Positions 45,166 through 62,014 of a DNA stretch of 64,000 bases are shown piece by piece. The notes under the pieces were generated by a model. That model made no database searches and had not been told where the DNA came from. It saw nothing but the letters and a program-made list of their open reading frames with translations. The DNA lies in assembly GCF_009914755.1 (NCBI RefSeq), contig NC_060936.1. The stretch is one strand, 5' to 3'. Numbering within the stretch: position 1 is the stretch's first letter; each line of letters starts with the position of its first letter. The position numbers and the translations under genes are program-made. Source of the stretch: the human T2T-CHM13v2.0 reference genome, Homo sapiens.

Positions 45166-46209
45166 GTTAACTGAGCTTTGGGCAGCTTAGTCTGCATTTT
45201 ACAACATACACCGGCAGGTGGAAGTCCTAGCATCCTGCTGTCGCCCCACCCATAATCTACAAGACATCTACAAGACAGCTCTCCAAGGACAATCAAAGAC
45301 AAGCCAGTGTGGATTTACAAAAGCTCAGGGAAGGTCTTATTGTACAACAATTGGTGTGTTGTGGTATGGGTGGTACTGTTGCATCTCTGTGTTCAAATCC
45401 AGCCCTTGACTCTCACTAGCTGTGAAATCTTGTTAAATTACTGTGAAGTCTCTGCAGGTGTCATCTTGTCCTTTGATAAGGACACTGTCACTGGATTTAG
45501 GGCTCACCCTAATCCAGTATGACTTTCTCTTAATACAGCTTCAAAGACCCCTGTTTCCAAATAAGGTCACATTCTGAGGTTTTGCATAGGCATGAGTTGT
45601 CGGGGGATGCTATTCAACCTTCCCTAGGCACCGATGGTCTTGATCTGGCAATGCTGGGATCCAGGCCTGAGCTTTTAATCAGACCACTCTCCGGGTAAGG
45701 AAAGCAACATTTCTATCATTGCCTGAACAACTTTTCTCTTAATTAAAGCCAAGCTCACTTATAAGTGATGGTGGTGGAGTATAAAATCCATTGACAAGAT
45801 AAACTAGTTGATAAACTTCAACTAGGTCCTTCAGAGGATTTTTTCCATGTGTTTAGAACTGAAAGCCGATTGCAATGTCAGCTGTAATTACCCAAGCCCA
45901 TTACATGGCCACAGGCAGGTGGCACTTAAAGAAATTGTGCAGATGCTGAAACCAGTCTCTGAGAGCCCTCCACAAAGCCCCAATCTGAGCTTAGTTGAAA
46001 ACACATCTCAAAATAGATCAAAGCCAAATCTCCTGCAGCCAGCAGGTGATGAGAAAGTGCACAGAACATGACAGTGACAGGCAGCTTAAAGTACAGAGGA
46101 AAGTGGTTTCTTTCTGCCTCCATCAACCTAGCCTGTAAATCATCACCTTTGACTCTGTTTGGATCATGTATCTCATCACCATTATCTTCATCACCACCAT
46201 CCTCACTGT

Positions 46210-46662
46210 GCTTAGAACTTCCCCATGCCAGCCCCATCTCCTTCCAAGGAAGAGCTTTTTCCTGAGCTTCTGGGAATGCCGCCAGCTGAGCATCTTCAGC
46301 TGCCAGCTCCTTCAAGGACAGCCTCACCTGCAGAACGCTGCCTCTCCTAAGGCCATGTCCCACTTGGGTAGCCCACATCCAATGACTGATTGAGACAAGT
46401 GCTTAAATGCATGGCCACTTCAGCCTCACTGTTCAATCCCCAGTGGAATACCCTCCCCCCAAATCTGCTGGGCTATTCCATTCCAGAGCCTGCCTGTAGG
46501 ATCTGTCAAGGCTGTTCTTGGACCTGCCTGGGTGTCATCATCTCCTGCCCAATTCTCCTCCCTTCCTTCCACTGTGATAGTCCTAAGGACATTATTTAAT
46601 AAACATTCTCCATATGAAACCCCATCTTAGACACATTTTCCAGGGAGGCCCAACCTGCAACA
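46210..46662 (+). mobile_element. LTR16-like ERVL LTR
   Basis: AATAAACATTCTCC...CCAGGGAGGCCCAACCTGCAACA 3' end. Confidence 0.6.
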
Positions 46663-47737
46663 ATTATCATGGCTAACCTTTCTCAAGCATGAAGCTCTGA
46701 CTAGGGTCAGAAATGACATGAAGACTTGTATTATCACATTTCCCCAACAAATCCATGTGCTGTGTGCTCTTCAGTGGATTTTACAGTTGGGAAAACTGAG
46801 GGTCGGAGTGTGTAAGTGGCTACCTTGTAAGTGGTGGATCTTGGACTGTGAGCCCAGCTCTGCAGATACCCAATTCCCATGCTACGTAAATATGCTATTC
46901 TGTTTTCTGTCGTGCAATACCAGGCATTTCAATGGGAGTCACTGTATGTAAAGTTAGAATGTTAGACTTTGAGCTCCTAGAAGGCAAGTTTGAAAGGCGA
47001 TTAGGTATTCTTACGTCTTCCATAGCTACCTTTGTGTTTTTCCATCATTCTTTCTAATTGGGGGAGGGTAAAGGGAGTACCACTCTAAGGTTCTAGTGGA
47101 CACTAATGACCCTCTTCCTGGGAAAACAACCATAAGCATATTCTGTGCATCTGCTCAGGTGCTTTATCATGTACTATGCACCATCCTTTCTGTTTCTTGG
47201 CTATGTTGGATGCTTGCGATTGTGAAAGGCATTAACACACAGCCACTCTTGCAGAGTTGATGCTCACTCCTCCAGGCATGATTTAAGTTCTAGAAGGAAT
47301 TGTTGCCTCTGGATGGGCCCCGTTTGCCTTGCTTGGCACATGATTGCATGCACACACGCTCCATTTGTAGAAGAAATTTGCAGATGCTTTGCGCAGCAAG
47401 CAGTATGCATCAGCTCCATTGACAAAGGTGGTGTCCATAAAAATGACATTTTTAGCTTGGGGTGGAAAGGCTGGTCACATCCTAAGAAATAACATATGCA
47501 GAAAAGAACTAGTGAGCTTTTGTTTCTCTAAGAGTCCTTAAAATATAGCCTCCAGAGCTCTCATGAGGCATGAATTTTTTTCTCGGATGCCCTACCCATT
47601 GGCGTCTATACACATCATTTTTTTCAGGAGAAATTTATTATGGATGCACCATGCACCATAAGGAGAACCACGAAGACAGAAGTGAAATGCGATAGAGTTA
47701 TATCTCCACAGGGGGATGGACATGGTGCCCTGGGATC

Positions 47738-48260
47738 TGTGTCAGGGTGCCCAAGACCAGGTCAGGTTCAAAGATTCACTAGGACAATGCACAAGGCTAA
47801 GCGTGCAGTCATCCCCACAGCTATGATTTATCGTAGCAAAAGGACACAAAGAAAAATTGGTAAAGAGAAAGAGTGCATGGGGCAGAGTCCAGAGGAAACT
47901 AGTAGCAACCTTCCAGAGTCCTCTCCCATGGAGTCACACAGGATGTGTGTAATTCATCCCAAGATGAGTTGTGAGGACCCATGTGAAATGCCGTGTACAG
48001 GGGATGCTCTTACAGACTCCAGGACTCAGATGTATCATGGGAGCTGCTCGCCTGGGTACCCACTGCCTAGCATGTGCCAAAATTCCAGATACCAGAAGGA
48101 AAGCAGACGTCCAGCAAAAGCCATGTTGTTTGGCAGGCACAGTGAGCCATTCATATCAGGAAATGATGGGAACCCTCCCAAAATTTGTTACCCTATGCCA
48201 GGCAAGGGCCAACCTTGCAAATACAGCCACAGGCCGGTTTTGTTAACTCCTTTCTGCACA
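47738..48260 (-). mobile_element. MER77/MER21-group LTR
   Basis: Reverse strand begins TGTGCAGAAAGGAGTTAACA; perfect 5-bp TSD GGATC. Confidence 0.78.
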
Positions 48261-48949
48261 GGATCCAACATGGATAAGTGATTACATCCAAAAAGGCAAG
48301 AAGAGCCTCATAGACAAGGTGATGTGTGAGTTAAGCTTATACCAGGCTTGACAAGTGAGCCCCATCGTGCTGGCTGGTCACATGCATGCCATGGTGAGAA
48401 GCATCATGAGGCTGTGCCGGTGTTCTGGGACAGACTGTGCCACGATCAGTTGGTGATGTCTGCTGTGGATCCAGAAGGACAAGGTGATGATGATTCCCAA
48501 TACTTAGCATCATTGTTCAACACCATCACAGCACCCTACTTTTGGTTCCCGTGTGTATGAGTAACTTATGTTCCCTCTTCTTCAACACTGACCATGTTTC
48601 CTCTTCTTCAACACTGACTCAGCACACTCATTGTGGCTCTTCTCAACAATGTCCTTTCTCCTGCAGCCTCCCTCCAGTGATATGGCCCCGAATATCACAA
48701 CGCTTTTCAGGCCAGTGGGGTCAGTTGCAGATACTATCAATAGGGGCTGAACACTGTAATCTCATAGGCTAAATATGGCCCAAGGAAATAATGGATTTGG
48801 GCAGCATTGTCTTCCTTAATTGTGAGATTTCATGTACAAATCCAGGTTTCTGGATTTTCTTGAAGAGACAGAAAATATGACAACATTGAACTTACATTTT
48901 CAAATGGGAACAATTGACCATAAATAGTGTGATTGTGTAGGGTAGGTGT

Positions 48950-49290
48950 ATAAGAGAGAGCTAGATTGGTGGTAACCAGAGGCCAGGAAGGATAAGGGAA
49001 AGGAGGAAGAAGAGAGGTTGATTCATGGGTACAAAAATACCATTAGCAGAAAGAAGACCTAACGTTCCACAGGGCAGGAGAATGCCTATGGTTAACGCTA
49101 ATCTATTGTACATTTCAAAATAGCTATAAGAGCATCATTTGAGTGTTCCTGGCATAAAGAAAAGATAAATATTTAAGGTGATGAAAATCCCAATTACCTT
49201 GATTTGATCTCAGCACGTCATATGATTGTACCAAGTTATCACAGGTACCCCCAAAATATATACATCTATTATGTATTCATAAAAAATTAA
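48950..49290 (+). mobile_element. L1MA 3' end
   Basis: GTGGTAACCAGAGGC...ATTGTACATTTCAAAATAGCTA...CCCAAAATATATACATCTATTATG. Confidence 0.8.
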
Positions 49291-49539
49291 TTTTAGCAAA
49301 GCTCTACTTGATAAAGTATAGTCATTTATTTGAAAATAGGGATGTTCTGGGCCAGGAAATAGTAAATTCAGAAGCTCTGCGGTGGGAATGAATTTAGGGT
49401 GTTTGTGCAGCCAAAAGGTGACCAGGGTGGCAGCAATAAAGTTAATAAAGTGAGGCGCAGGGGGAAAGGATATGGTACCGATAATATTTTGCCTCCCTGC
49501 CCCTTGGATCTAGCACTGAAGGGTTAGCATGAAGATAAA

Positions 49540-50502
49540 GTGCATGCTGAAGCTGCCTTTTCTAGGTTCAAAAGAGGCAATTGTTAAATTTCCAGGAATT
49601 CTGTTCACTGATGGTCAAACACAGCCATTATTAAAAATTAAATTGTGAAAGCATACAATTAAATAAATGACAATAAAAGCAAATGTAATCAATAATCAAA
49701 ACTCATCACTTCCAAGTTATGTCACTACATTTTACTATTATGTTTGTTTTTAAGGGAAATAATAGAAGAATAATAATGAAGAAGAGGGAACATAAGTTAC
49801 CATTGTGGGCGACTCCACGTTTGGTGATATGACATCGGAAGCTTGAAACCATCTATAGTGGAGGTGTCTACACCAGAGAAATAGGCAAACACTACAGATT
49901 GGGACTTGATTATTTTGTTGATTGGTTAGACTTAAGAAAGTAATGGAGAAAAAGTTTAAAATGTAAATTAAACTTAAAAGTATATTGGGTTTATAGCCAT
50001 TTCATTGTGAATAGCACGAAGTGTTGAGAGAATAAATAACTTTCCATTGTTCAAAAACTATTATCTAATTCAGGAAAGAAGTCCCTGATAGCACTGAAGA
50101 ATGCGATACAATTCCAAGATACATGTTAGTTGTTTCATTTTCATTTTTCTTGTTAACATAAGTGACAGTATCAACAATTATTTGTGTCAGAACCATAAGT
50201 CTTCTTGAGTGACGTAGTAGCTTCTTTGCTGAATCCAATAAGTGTCAAGCATTTATCATTGTCTGATTTTGTGACACAATTGTTGTTGATAAAAATTATA
50301 AAAACTGATAGTGGAATTGGCAAGGCATAGCAAGTCACACTGAAATTAAAGGTGTAAACAAAATAAATTGGCTATATAAAATTTAAAATAATGGATATTG
50401 TATATTATGATTTGTAAATTAGGTGCTATATGGCCTTTATATCAGTATAACTAATAATAATCTTCAGAGACCCTACTGTTAAAAATTAATCAGTACACCA
50501 GA
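49540..50502 (+). mobile_element. MER63-like hAT-Blackjack DNA transposon
   Basis: GAGGCAATTGTTAAATTTCCAGGAATT...AAACACAGCCATTATTAAAAATTAAATT; ends CAGTACACCA. Confidence 0.7.
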
Positions 50503-51399
50503 GTAGAAATATTATTTTGGACATTTAATTAACTACAATAGAATTAATTCTAATATATCCATTATTTCACTAAAAATAAACAAAACACTTTGGCATAGCA
50601 ATGGTGCCAGTACCAGTTATATATGTGTGCCCAATAAATATCTCTATAACAAATTTATAAGTAAAACAAAAGCCAATTTATAGTACATTCCATCAACTGT
50701 AATACATGTAGGCTTCCTTCTGTACAGCTAATATGTATTCATGATTGCTGTATTAAGGTAAGGTAAAATGTCTAATGCTACATATGGATTATATTCATTT
50801 TAGCCTGAAGAGCTATGCAGACAAAGAGACCAATAAACATTTGGAGAATAAAAGCTTATTTTTCTCAAATAGGATCTCTGAAAGAGCATTAATACATATT
50901 CGGCATCTTATAGCTCAAGCCCAGAATAAGCTCTCATTCTTCTGAAACAAAACATTCTCGTTTGTGGAATAACAAGAAGCTGAGTGCAGAAAATTGTTAC
51001 TTTATCCATACGAAGCTGTGGTGAGTCACAGCCACAGGCATGGTGAGTATCCCAGAGTCAGATGGGGACTTGAGATCACTTATTCCCACCTTTCCCCAAT
51101 CCAGGGAGAGGTGGAAAGACGCGGGTAACACTCAGATGTGATTTGAGTCAGGCGATGAGGGTGTTATTACCTGTCATTTCTTTTGAGTCTTTGGCTGCGT
51201 ACTTCGAGAGAGTGTCCCTCTGAAACACGTGTGTCTTGAACACTATGTCAGTGCTTGGTAATCTCCCTTTCTACGAAAAGAAAGCAGCTTCAAGCTTCGA
51301 GCTCTGAGCCTTCATCAGGCAGCAGACTCTGGGCAGCTGCCTCCACCTAGAGTTGAACAATGTTGGTTTGTTTCTAAAATACTGACTTACACTAATATC

Positions 51400-51962
51400 T
51401 TCCGAGCTGGGTATCTGCTGCTAGCCCCTGCAGACCCAGGCTCCACACTTCTCAACTCTGCCCGCCGAGGTTGGTCTGGACAACACCAGTGGGCACCCAT
51501 GGCCCCTGGCTCCCTGCTGGGTTTGGTCATGGAAAGCCCCGCAGGAGACTGGCAAGAGAGAAGAGAGTGAAGTCCAGGAATATTCCCTGGCTCTCTACCA
51601 TCAAAGTCTTCTTGGGTCAGCTGTATCTCTTGGCAGAAGGCTACAGCTCCTATAAATGTGGCCTGGCTTTAAGACCCTTTCCTTGCAATTAAGCCCCGGT
51701 CCCTTTGGACTGACAGGAGGTCTCAGCCAGGCTGACAGCAGCTCCGAGTTCCTGCTTGGCTCCTGGGGTCGCCCCGCACCCATATCTTTGTCATGCCTCC
51801 CTAAATACCCTGACTTGAGCATACACATTCTATGCACATAATAAAATATTACACACACCCCACAAATATGTACAAATATTATGCATTAAGAAAAAAGAGG
51901 AAAAACCTGATTCTCTCCAATTATCCTCATTTGAGTATTCTGGTGGAGACCCTGGCTGAGGC
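51400..51962 (+). mobile_element. LTR33-like ERVL LTR containing a short L1MA 3' tail (about 51800-51900)
   Basis: GGGTTTGGTCATGGAAAGCCCCGCAGGAGACTGG motif; CTAAATACCCTGACTTG...TGTACAAATATTATG L1 terminus. Confidence 0.55.
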
Positions 51963-52151
51963 ACCTATTAATGTCAGCTGTGTTTGGTATCCATTTGGTT
52001 TATTGATATAGAAGAAAGCTCCACATCACGGGGCTATGCAAGAGCCTTAGTCTGCTCCAAGAAAAGAGCCCCTAGCTTATTTACGGCCAGCATCAAACCT
52101 CCAGTCATAATCTTCTCTATCAGAGAGTAGAGCTATCTAGAACCAGGCTAA

Positions 52152-52738
<587 letters not shown>

Positions 52739-53651
52739 TTCTACATTCTCTTGAAAAGGGAAGATGTGGCCCCACTGAGAGCACCCTACACACTTGGCTG
52801 CCACTCCCTGCCCATTTGGGGGCACCTGTGCTCTCCAGGTTGGTCTGTTCTTTACCAGGTCGCCCAGGCTTGGAGTTTGATACCCCAGAAGGAGGGGAAT
52901 TCGGGAGGTGGCTTGTTGGTGACCCAGTATTTCCACGGGTGCTTGAGGTGTTTGCAATTCCCCATCCTGGCCTGTGATCCATCAGACTCTGCTCCGGCGG
53001 CGGTGTCTGCAGGGGAAAGTCGGCTTCCCCGGATGTGGGATTCCGCAAGGCTGGTCTGTGCACTTCCTTGTCAGCAATATTTCAGCTATTAAGACTTCTT
53101 TGGGATCTTTTCTGCCTGGAATTGTATCTATTTCTTGATAATCATCTCCCTTTGTACTTCTTGAGTTAGGCTAATACGATTTCCCTGAATATCTGTCAAA
53201 TTAATCCATTTGCTGTCACCTTGTATGTTGAACGAAACCAAAAAACATATATTAATCTTTAATTTATAACAAACCAGTGGTGCCTGGACATCATGAAATC
53301 ATGCGGGACTAAAAGGCAGGCTTTACTTTTATCCCAAGATGCATTCAGTAAGACCCACTTGATATATCACATTTTATCAGGCAGTTGAACAAAAACTAGC
53401 CATGCCACTTGCTGCTAAGGCTATTAAATTGGTTAGACCATTTAACATTTATTATTTACTCCCAATTTTTATTTGAGAAAATTTTTCTTATTGCAAAAAG
53501 AAATAGTTCACTCCACGCAGTACCCTTTGCTCTGAAAACTTATAAAACTCCTCACAACTTCTTTTCTGTTATGAAGCGACTACATCCCATTTACCTTGTA
53601 ATAATTATTTTACCCACCAAGTGAAGCAAGAGAATAGCAATTACAACTGCT

Positions 53652-53945
53652 GTACACACATACATACATGCACATACATAACATAAATATACACACATAC
53701 ACACATACATGTGCACACACATAAATGCACATACATGCATGTATACACACATACAAACACACACAGGCATGCACATACAGGCATACACACATACATACAC
53801 ATGCACACACATACACATGCATGTACATGTACACATACACACATGCATGTGTGCACATACACATATACACACATGCATGCACGTACATACATCCATATCC
53901 ACATACCTGCATACACATACACACACGTACACAAACACACATGCA
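53652..53945. repeat. Degenerate (CA/TA/TG)n alternating purine-pyrimidine tract
   Basis: About 290 bp of CACATACATGCA-type units. Confidence 0.92.
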
Positions 53946-56493
53946 CCGGCCTGCACAGCCACACCGGGTATGAGCACAGCATTGAAAAGATCCCACGCTG
54001 GAAAAGATCCATGTCCTTCCCAGGTAAGATTGGAGACAGTCACCTGAAGAGGGCACAATCTTGCTGAAGCTCAGGAAACCCATCAGTTCTGCAGCAGGGT
54101 TCACCTCTTGGGCCTGCCCACAAGGAGACTGTGGCAAGAATGTTCCAGGCTGGTACAGAGGGCAGATGACTGGCGAGGCTGCTGCAGGTGCTGAAGCTGG
54201 CCAGTGGCCGGTCTGGATCCCTCCTTCCCCCTGGATCCCATCAGCGACAGGGTCTGTGCTGGTTGGAGCCCTAGAAGAAGCAAAGAGGGGATGCTCCTGA
54301 GGGAGACAATGGGGAATCCTTTGTCATGGAGATCCTTTAACAACCACTGTCATCAAAGGGACATTGTCTCACAGAGGTGAAGGCTGTGGCCGGGAAGGTG
54401 AATGTGGCTTCTACACGCATGTTCCCTTGGGAGAGATGGAGGCAGAAGATTATTCATCAGTTTGGAGTTTAGGAGGCCGCCCTCATCCTAGGCTTTTCAT
54501 TGAAAAATCGCAGAAACTAAACAGGCAAAATAATTACTTAAGTGGTTTGTTTCTAAAATTGTACTTTCCAATAAAAGCGACCCTTTTAATGAAAAAAAAA
54601 ATCAAACGCACGTAATAAAAATCCACTCAAAATGGATTCATTTTATGAAGAAGTTGTCCTTTTCATGAAGAACTGACTTTGAAGGCTGAATTGCAGCAGT
54701 TAAGCTTTAAGATTTTTTAATCAGAAATGTTTTGCTCCCTAGAAAAGAGAGGCCTAAAGGCTATGAATTTTCCCAGTTGGGGGCATTACTTCCAGCCAAT
54801 TAGCTAGAGCACTGTTCAAGTTCTCCGCCAGGGCAGGCGGGTCCCTCCCACACTTTCCAGCCAGAGTGTCTGCAGGTTTGTCCTGTAAATGGCAGCAGAG
54901 TGAAGCAGGAGCGGCCTGGGATCCAGGTGGATAGAGGGTATTTTGAAAACCAGGCTGCCTTGCGTTGGGGCCCGTGGTCCTTGTGGAACTCTGTTTCCAG
55001 CAGAAGTGTGAAAAGCTGTGGCTGCAGCTCCCTCTGGGGTGAGGTTTCAGTCCTGGGAACCTGCTGTCAACAGCTTCCCACCCCAGTGCCTCCTTCTATC
55101 AGGAGGAGGGGCTTCATTGTAATGAGAAAAGAAAGAGCAAATCTGTGTTCCATGAGGGCTCCATGTCAAACAGCTGTCACTACGGATGGCTCAGACTTCG
55201 ATTTGTGTCAGGAGTCATGGAAAGTGGCTCCAGGAGTAATTCACAGCCCTGTGACGCTGGCATCCACAGGCGGCAGAAAGGCCCTAAGCTTCCGTGCTCG
55301 GGGGTTTTTATGGATAACATCAAGAGTTCCTGTATAGTGGCTGAAAATATAGCAGTATGCTATTGTGTATGTATGTGCGTGCAAATGCGTGAGAGACTCA
55401 GGGGAACAGAGGCAGAGAGGCAGAAGGAGACAGAGAATAAATTAATAAACAAAGAGCAGTGGAGAAGAGTTCCTCTGAGCAGGACCTAGAGCCAGCACGC
55501 TGGGCTCACATTCCAGTTCTGCCACTTGCTGGCTGAAGGCAGCTTCAAGTTCATTGGGCATCAGAGGGGTTCAGTGTAAGCAAAAGAGAACAACTGGAAA
55601 TGCCTGGAAAACAGCTTCTAAATTCAGTTTTCAGTCGATGCCCCTGGCGAGGCAGCCCAGCCCCTTCCTTGCTGACAGTGTGGCCCTGAGCTCAGTCTCT
55701 GCTTCCTCCTCTTGTTACCTTCAGTGTTTCGGGCTATTTCTTTAACCCTTTAAGCATGTTTCCCTGTCAGTAACATATAGACCACAATAGTACGAAAGGT
55801 TACACTCATATGTTTCAGTTCTTTGTATAGTTCCTGGAACACAGCAAGTGTCTTAGTTGGCTTGGGCGGCTATAACAACCACCAAAAATAGGCTGAGTGG
55901 CTTAGAAAACACAGAAATATATTCCTCGTGTGAAGTGTGGTTCTTTTTCCTGATTTTATTTCCAGTGTTGTATTCACTCAGCTCTGCCTCTACATGGTGA
56001 CCTCTGGGAGAATTCACTAGCATATTGGCACACCCAGACCATCTCTCTTTCTTTCTTTGTCAGGGTATGCTGACTACAAAACAAACAGCTCTGAAATCTC
56101 AGTGGTTTTCAGCAGCAAGGAGCTATGTCTTCTCCACTGCAGAGTCCAAGGAGGGTGAGGAAGGCTCCGCTCCATGCGGTGATTCGGAGACCCAATCTCC
56201 TCTTAGATTATTGCATCTCAATCTACAGCCTCCATAGTGTACGTGGTGCCACACCCTGCAGCACCCCGGACCGCAGAGAGAGAGCATCTTGCAGGGTTTA
56301 GGACCCAGATCACATCATTTCTCCCACAATCCCTTGGCAAGAAGTCAGTCACATGACTGCTAGGGAGGCTGGGAAACATAGGTCCAACCACATGGCCGGG
56401 GGAAAGTCAAGAGGGTTTGGTAAACACATTGTCTCTGCCACACCCCCAGACTAAAGGCCACGAGCCTGTTCCGTCTCCTCTCCCAGCCAGTAG

Positions 56494-56865
<372 letters not shown>

Positions 56866-57559
56866 TGAGCTGGTCTATTTCATGGTGCCTCCAATGCCAG
56901 CCAGGTGTGGCCCTATTTCATTTTGGAAGAAAAAAAAACAGTATTTTTTTTTTCTATTGCTGCATCGTAACTCACCCTGGAGAAAAGTCAAAACTGTCAG
57001 AATATTAAAATGAGAGATATTCCTGGAAGACCTCTGCCTTATCAGCTTCTAACATTCCTTAATGGCTGCAACCCACAGGGGGACTGAGGATCCAATAATT
57101 AATTGCTTGAGTTAATGAGGGGATAACTGCTGTCTTTCACTCAGCTTCAGACTTTTATTTAGGGAAAAGCAATAACAAAAAAGCAGTAACATCCTTACAA
57201 TAGAAAAGTCAATCTAATCTGTAGACAGATCTGAAAGTGAAAGCTCCCATCCATCCTCCCCCTTATAATTATTGCTAGGGCTCAGCGTTTACTCGATGCT
57301 GACAGTAGAACAGGCATATGACAGCGGCTACATTCAGATTCACAACTGCCCAGAAATGTAGCCAGTCTCCTTTTGAATGGGATAATTCCGAGGATTTTCA
57401 TCCCAAATATTTTGCTATTTGCAGTGGGAGAGCTGCCTCTAAGGCCCCGGATGAGTTGAGGCAGATTAGAGTCCTACATCCTAGGAGGTGTTTATCTGGG
57501 TTTTTGTTGTTGTTGTTTACCCAAGAAACAAAACAAAACAAAACAAAAAAACAAAAACA

Positions 57560-57865
<306 letters not shown>

Positions 57866-57919
57866 TTAGCTTAATTCATTTATTTTGGACGTCCTTACAG
57901 GTGAAACTTTTCTTTCCCT

Positions 57920-58270
57920 AAATTTTAACTTATTTTTAAAATTTCAAGTAATAATTGTATGTATTCATGGGGTAGATAAAGATGTTTCAATACATACAGG
58001 GTATGGTGATCAGATCAGGGTAATTAGCATATCCATCCTCTCATCAAACATTTACCATTTCTCTGTGTTGAGGATGTTTCATGTCCTCCTTCCAGCTATC
58101 TGACACTATATAAAATGTTATTGTTACTGTAGTCCTCCCACAGGGCAACAGAACACTAGAACTTATTTCTCCCATCTACTGTAATTTTGTACCCTTTAAC
58201 AAATCTCTTTCTAGCCCTCCCTCCCCTCTGCCCTTCCCATCCTGTAACATCCACTGCTTTATTCTACTGC
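57920..58270 (-). mobile_element. L1MA 3' end
   Basis: GATCAGATCAGGGTAATTAGCATATCCATC...AGAACACTAGAACTTATT. Confidence 0.8.
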
Positions 58271-58733
58271 TTTATTTCAAACACTCGGCCACCAAGTGCT
58301 GAGACGACCACACAGCTCCTGGCACCATCACGACAGGGCCACCCACGGTTCTTCTTCGGTGATGTTTTCCCTTACCCTAACCTCCATCCATCGCCATTCC
58401 TCCATCCCCGGCAGAGGCCCCTTCCTCATGCTTTTCAGGTATATTCTCCACTGTCACCTCTGAAAACCACACAGCAATGGGCTGTGGACGCTTGTGTTGT
58501 AAAGTTTCCTGAGTGTTGCTGACCCCCAGGTCGCGCTGTGCTTCCCCCTCTGCACTCAGGGCTGTGTTCTGGGGAGTTCCCTGGGTACCACCACCTCCTC
58601 TGTTTTGTTTTCTCTGCCTGTCCTCACTGATGGAGTCCAGGCTCACCAGTCCTGTTCGTCCCCACGCAGCACAGCGGCCGGTGTGCACGGTCCCCTCTGA
58701 GCTACGCAGCTGCATGGGTTTTTGATGCCTTAA

Positions 58734-59451
<718 letters not shown>

Positions 59452-60501
59452 TAATGTTCACTGTATCAAAGTAAACATCACAAAAACTATCTTTCTACCA
59501 AAGCCTTCAAGTTCAGTTGAAAAAATTTACTACTCTATTCATAAATATAGTACCTTAATGCAATTTTAAGAGGAAGTATTAATAAATTAGTGAATTATAT
59601 TCCTTTAGATATCTCAAGACGCTCATAAATTTAATATATTCAGCTTCTTTTTAAGCAATATATACACCTAATTAATGTGGAAAGCTCTTGCAAGTACTTA
59701 AACAGCCCTAGTAAATCTCACAAATAAAACTTACTGAGGACTCTCAAGTTCTCTTAAACATTCCAATCTTGTTCGTAGTTAGGTAAATTATCTTATACTT
59801 TTCATCTTCAAATAAAAAGACCTAAAATTGATTTTTAAATGCCTGTTTTAGCTGAAATCACAAGGCTTATCTCTAAACTAATGTGATAAATTAACTTAAA
59901 TATTATAAACACTTTACATGCAAAATATATCCCCTTAATTCTATGCTTTACACCAGAAATATTAATAAACACAGTTTATCACCACTATTTTCAATTATTC
60001 ACCCTTCTGGATTCTACACTTACTGAGAAAATGATTTCATCCACTCCAGCAAGCTGAGGCTACCTTCCCAAGCAAATTGGGAGCCACCATCTCATCATCA
60101 CTGGGATTTTCTCTTCGACGGGCCGAAATTGGTGGCTGAACAAAATTTCTGGCCAGAACAGGTGGATCTGAGCCCCCAAACACTGGAGTGGTTGTTCTCA
60201 CCACTTCACTCACGCTCTCCTAGAGTGTCCACGGGAGGGGCCTCCAAGTCCACACCCTCCAATCCGCCTGCTTTGGATCTGAGTCTCATGTTAGCTAATT
60301 CCAGTTTGAGTCTGAACCCTCTCTGCAAGGTTGGTTCACCCCAGTGGGATTCAACAGATCTGTTTACTACTCCATCCTGTTCTGAACCCTTCCTGCGTTC
60401 TCCCTGCCTGGCGGCGCAGTGAGCTCACAGATACTGGGATGACATGTACTTGGTTTCTTCTCATGTTTCCAGCTTACTCTAACCTTGAATGTCTCAGGTA
60501 A

Positions 60502-60845
<344 letters not shown>

Positions 60846-61262
60846 CTGAAATGCTCTTGTAAGGACCCCCAGGGTCCTCTGTCGAAAATCAAGTGCACAC
60901 GGTTCAGTCTTGCTCTTACCTGATGGCTCGTTCCTGATTGAAACTGGGCTTTCACGATGCCAGCTCTTTCTCATTATCCTATTATTTCTAATTATTCCTC
61001 ATTGTGTTTATTTTAATTTTATTTATTTTTATTTAATGTTCACATGGGGATTTGAGCACATATGGAGAAGTACTTATAAACATGGTGTAATTACTTACAC
61101 TTGCTTAAGCCCTCAAATAATCATTTGTAACATTAATAAATGTTCTTAAACCTTAGAAGCTAATTTTTCAAATGTATTATGCCTGGGTTTTTCTGAGACT
61201 TAATAGATATTGAATAGCAGAATCCACAAACACACAATCATTTTTTAAAAAATATTGCTATC

Positions 61263-61384
61263 TATGGTAAGCAGTCATCTCAGTTTCCAAGGAATTGGAG
61301 AAACAGGGGACTCCCAGGAAGGGGGACTTTCAGTGCTAACACCCAGGAAGTCCCAGACAGACTGGGGCATATTAGTCTCTCTGT
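61263..61384. mobile_element. MER81-like hAT MITE
   Basis: GGGACTTTCAGTGCTAACACCCAGGAAGTCCC core. Confidence 0.6.
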
Positions 61385-61739
61385 TAGTACTTCAGCTCCT
61401 TCCAAAACTTTAACTCCATCAAATGAATGCATTTCATCATTATTTCCAACCTTGACTTTAAGAATATTTTTAAAGTTAAATAGCTGTATAATTAATAGAA
61501 GGAATAAAATATCCACATACAAACACCCACTACTCATTAAAGTAAGCAAAACATTATACACATACATATTCTTACTTTTTTATCAACTTTTTTCCTTTAA
61601 ATAGCATTATTAACTCATTGTCTTTTACTTACTGAATTTATTTTAGTAAACCAAAATTGTTGTCATGATTATTAGGATTATTTTGTTGTTGTCACTTGAG
61701 ATCATCACAAAAGGATCAATCAGTGAGAGCTATGGAGGG

Positions 61740-62008
<269 letters not shown>

Positions 62009-62014
62009 TGAAGT

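Noticed and set aside
47640-48281. 213-aa ORF
   Set aside because: Mostly antisense to a MER77/MER21 LTR bounded by a TSD; no protein similarity recognised.
53591-54137. Cys/Val- and His/Thr-rich ORFs
   Set aside because: Translations of a (CA/TG)n low-complexity tract.
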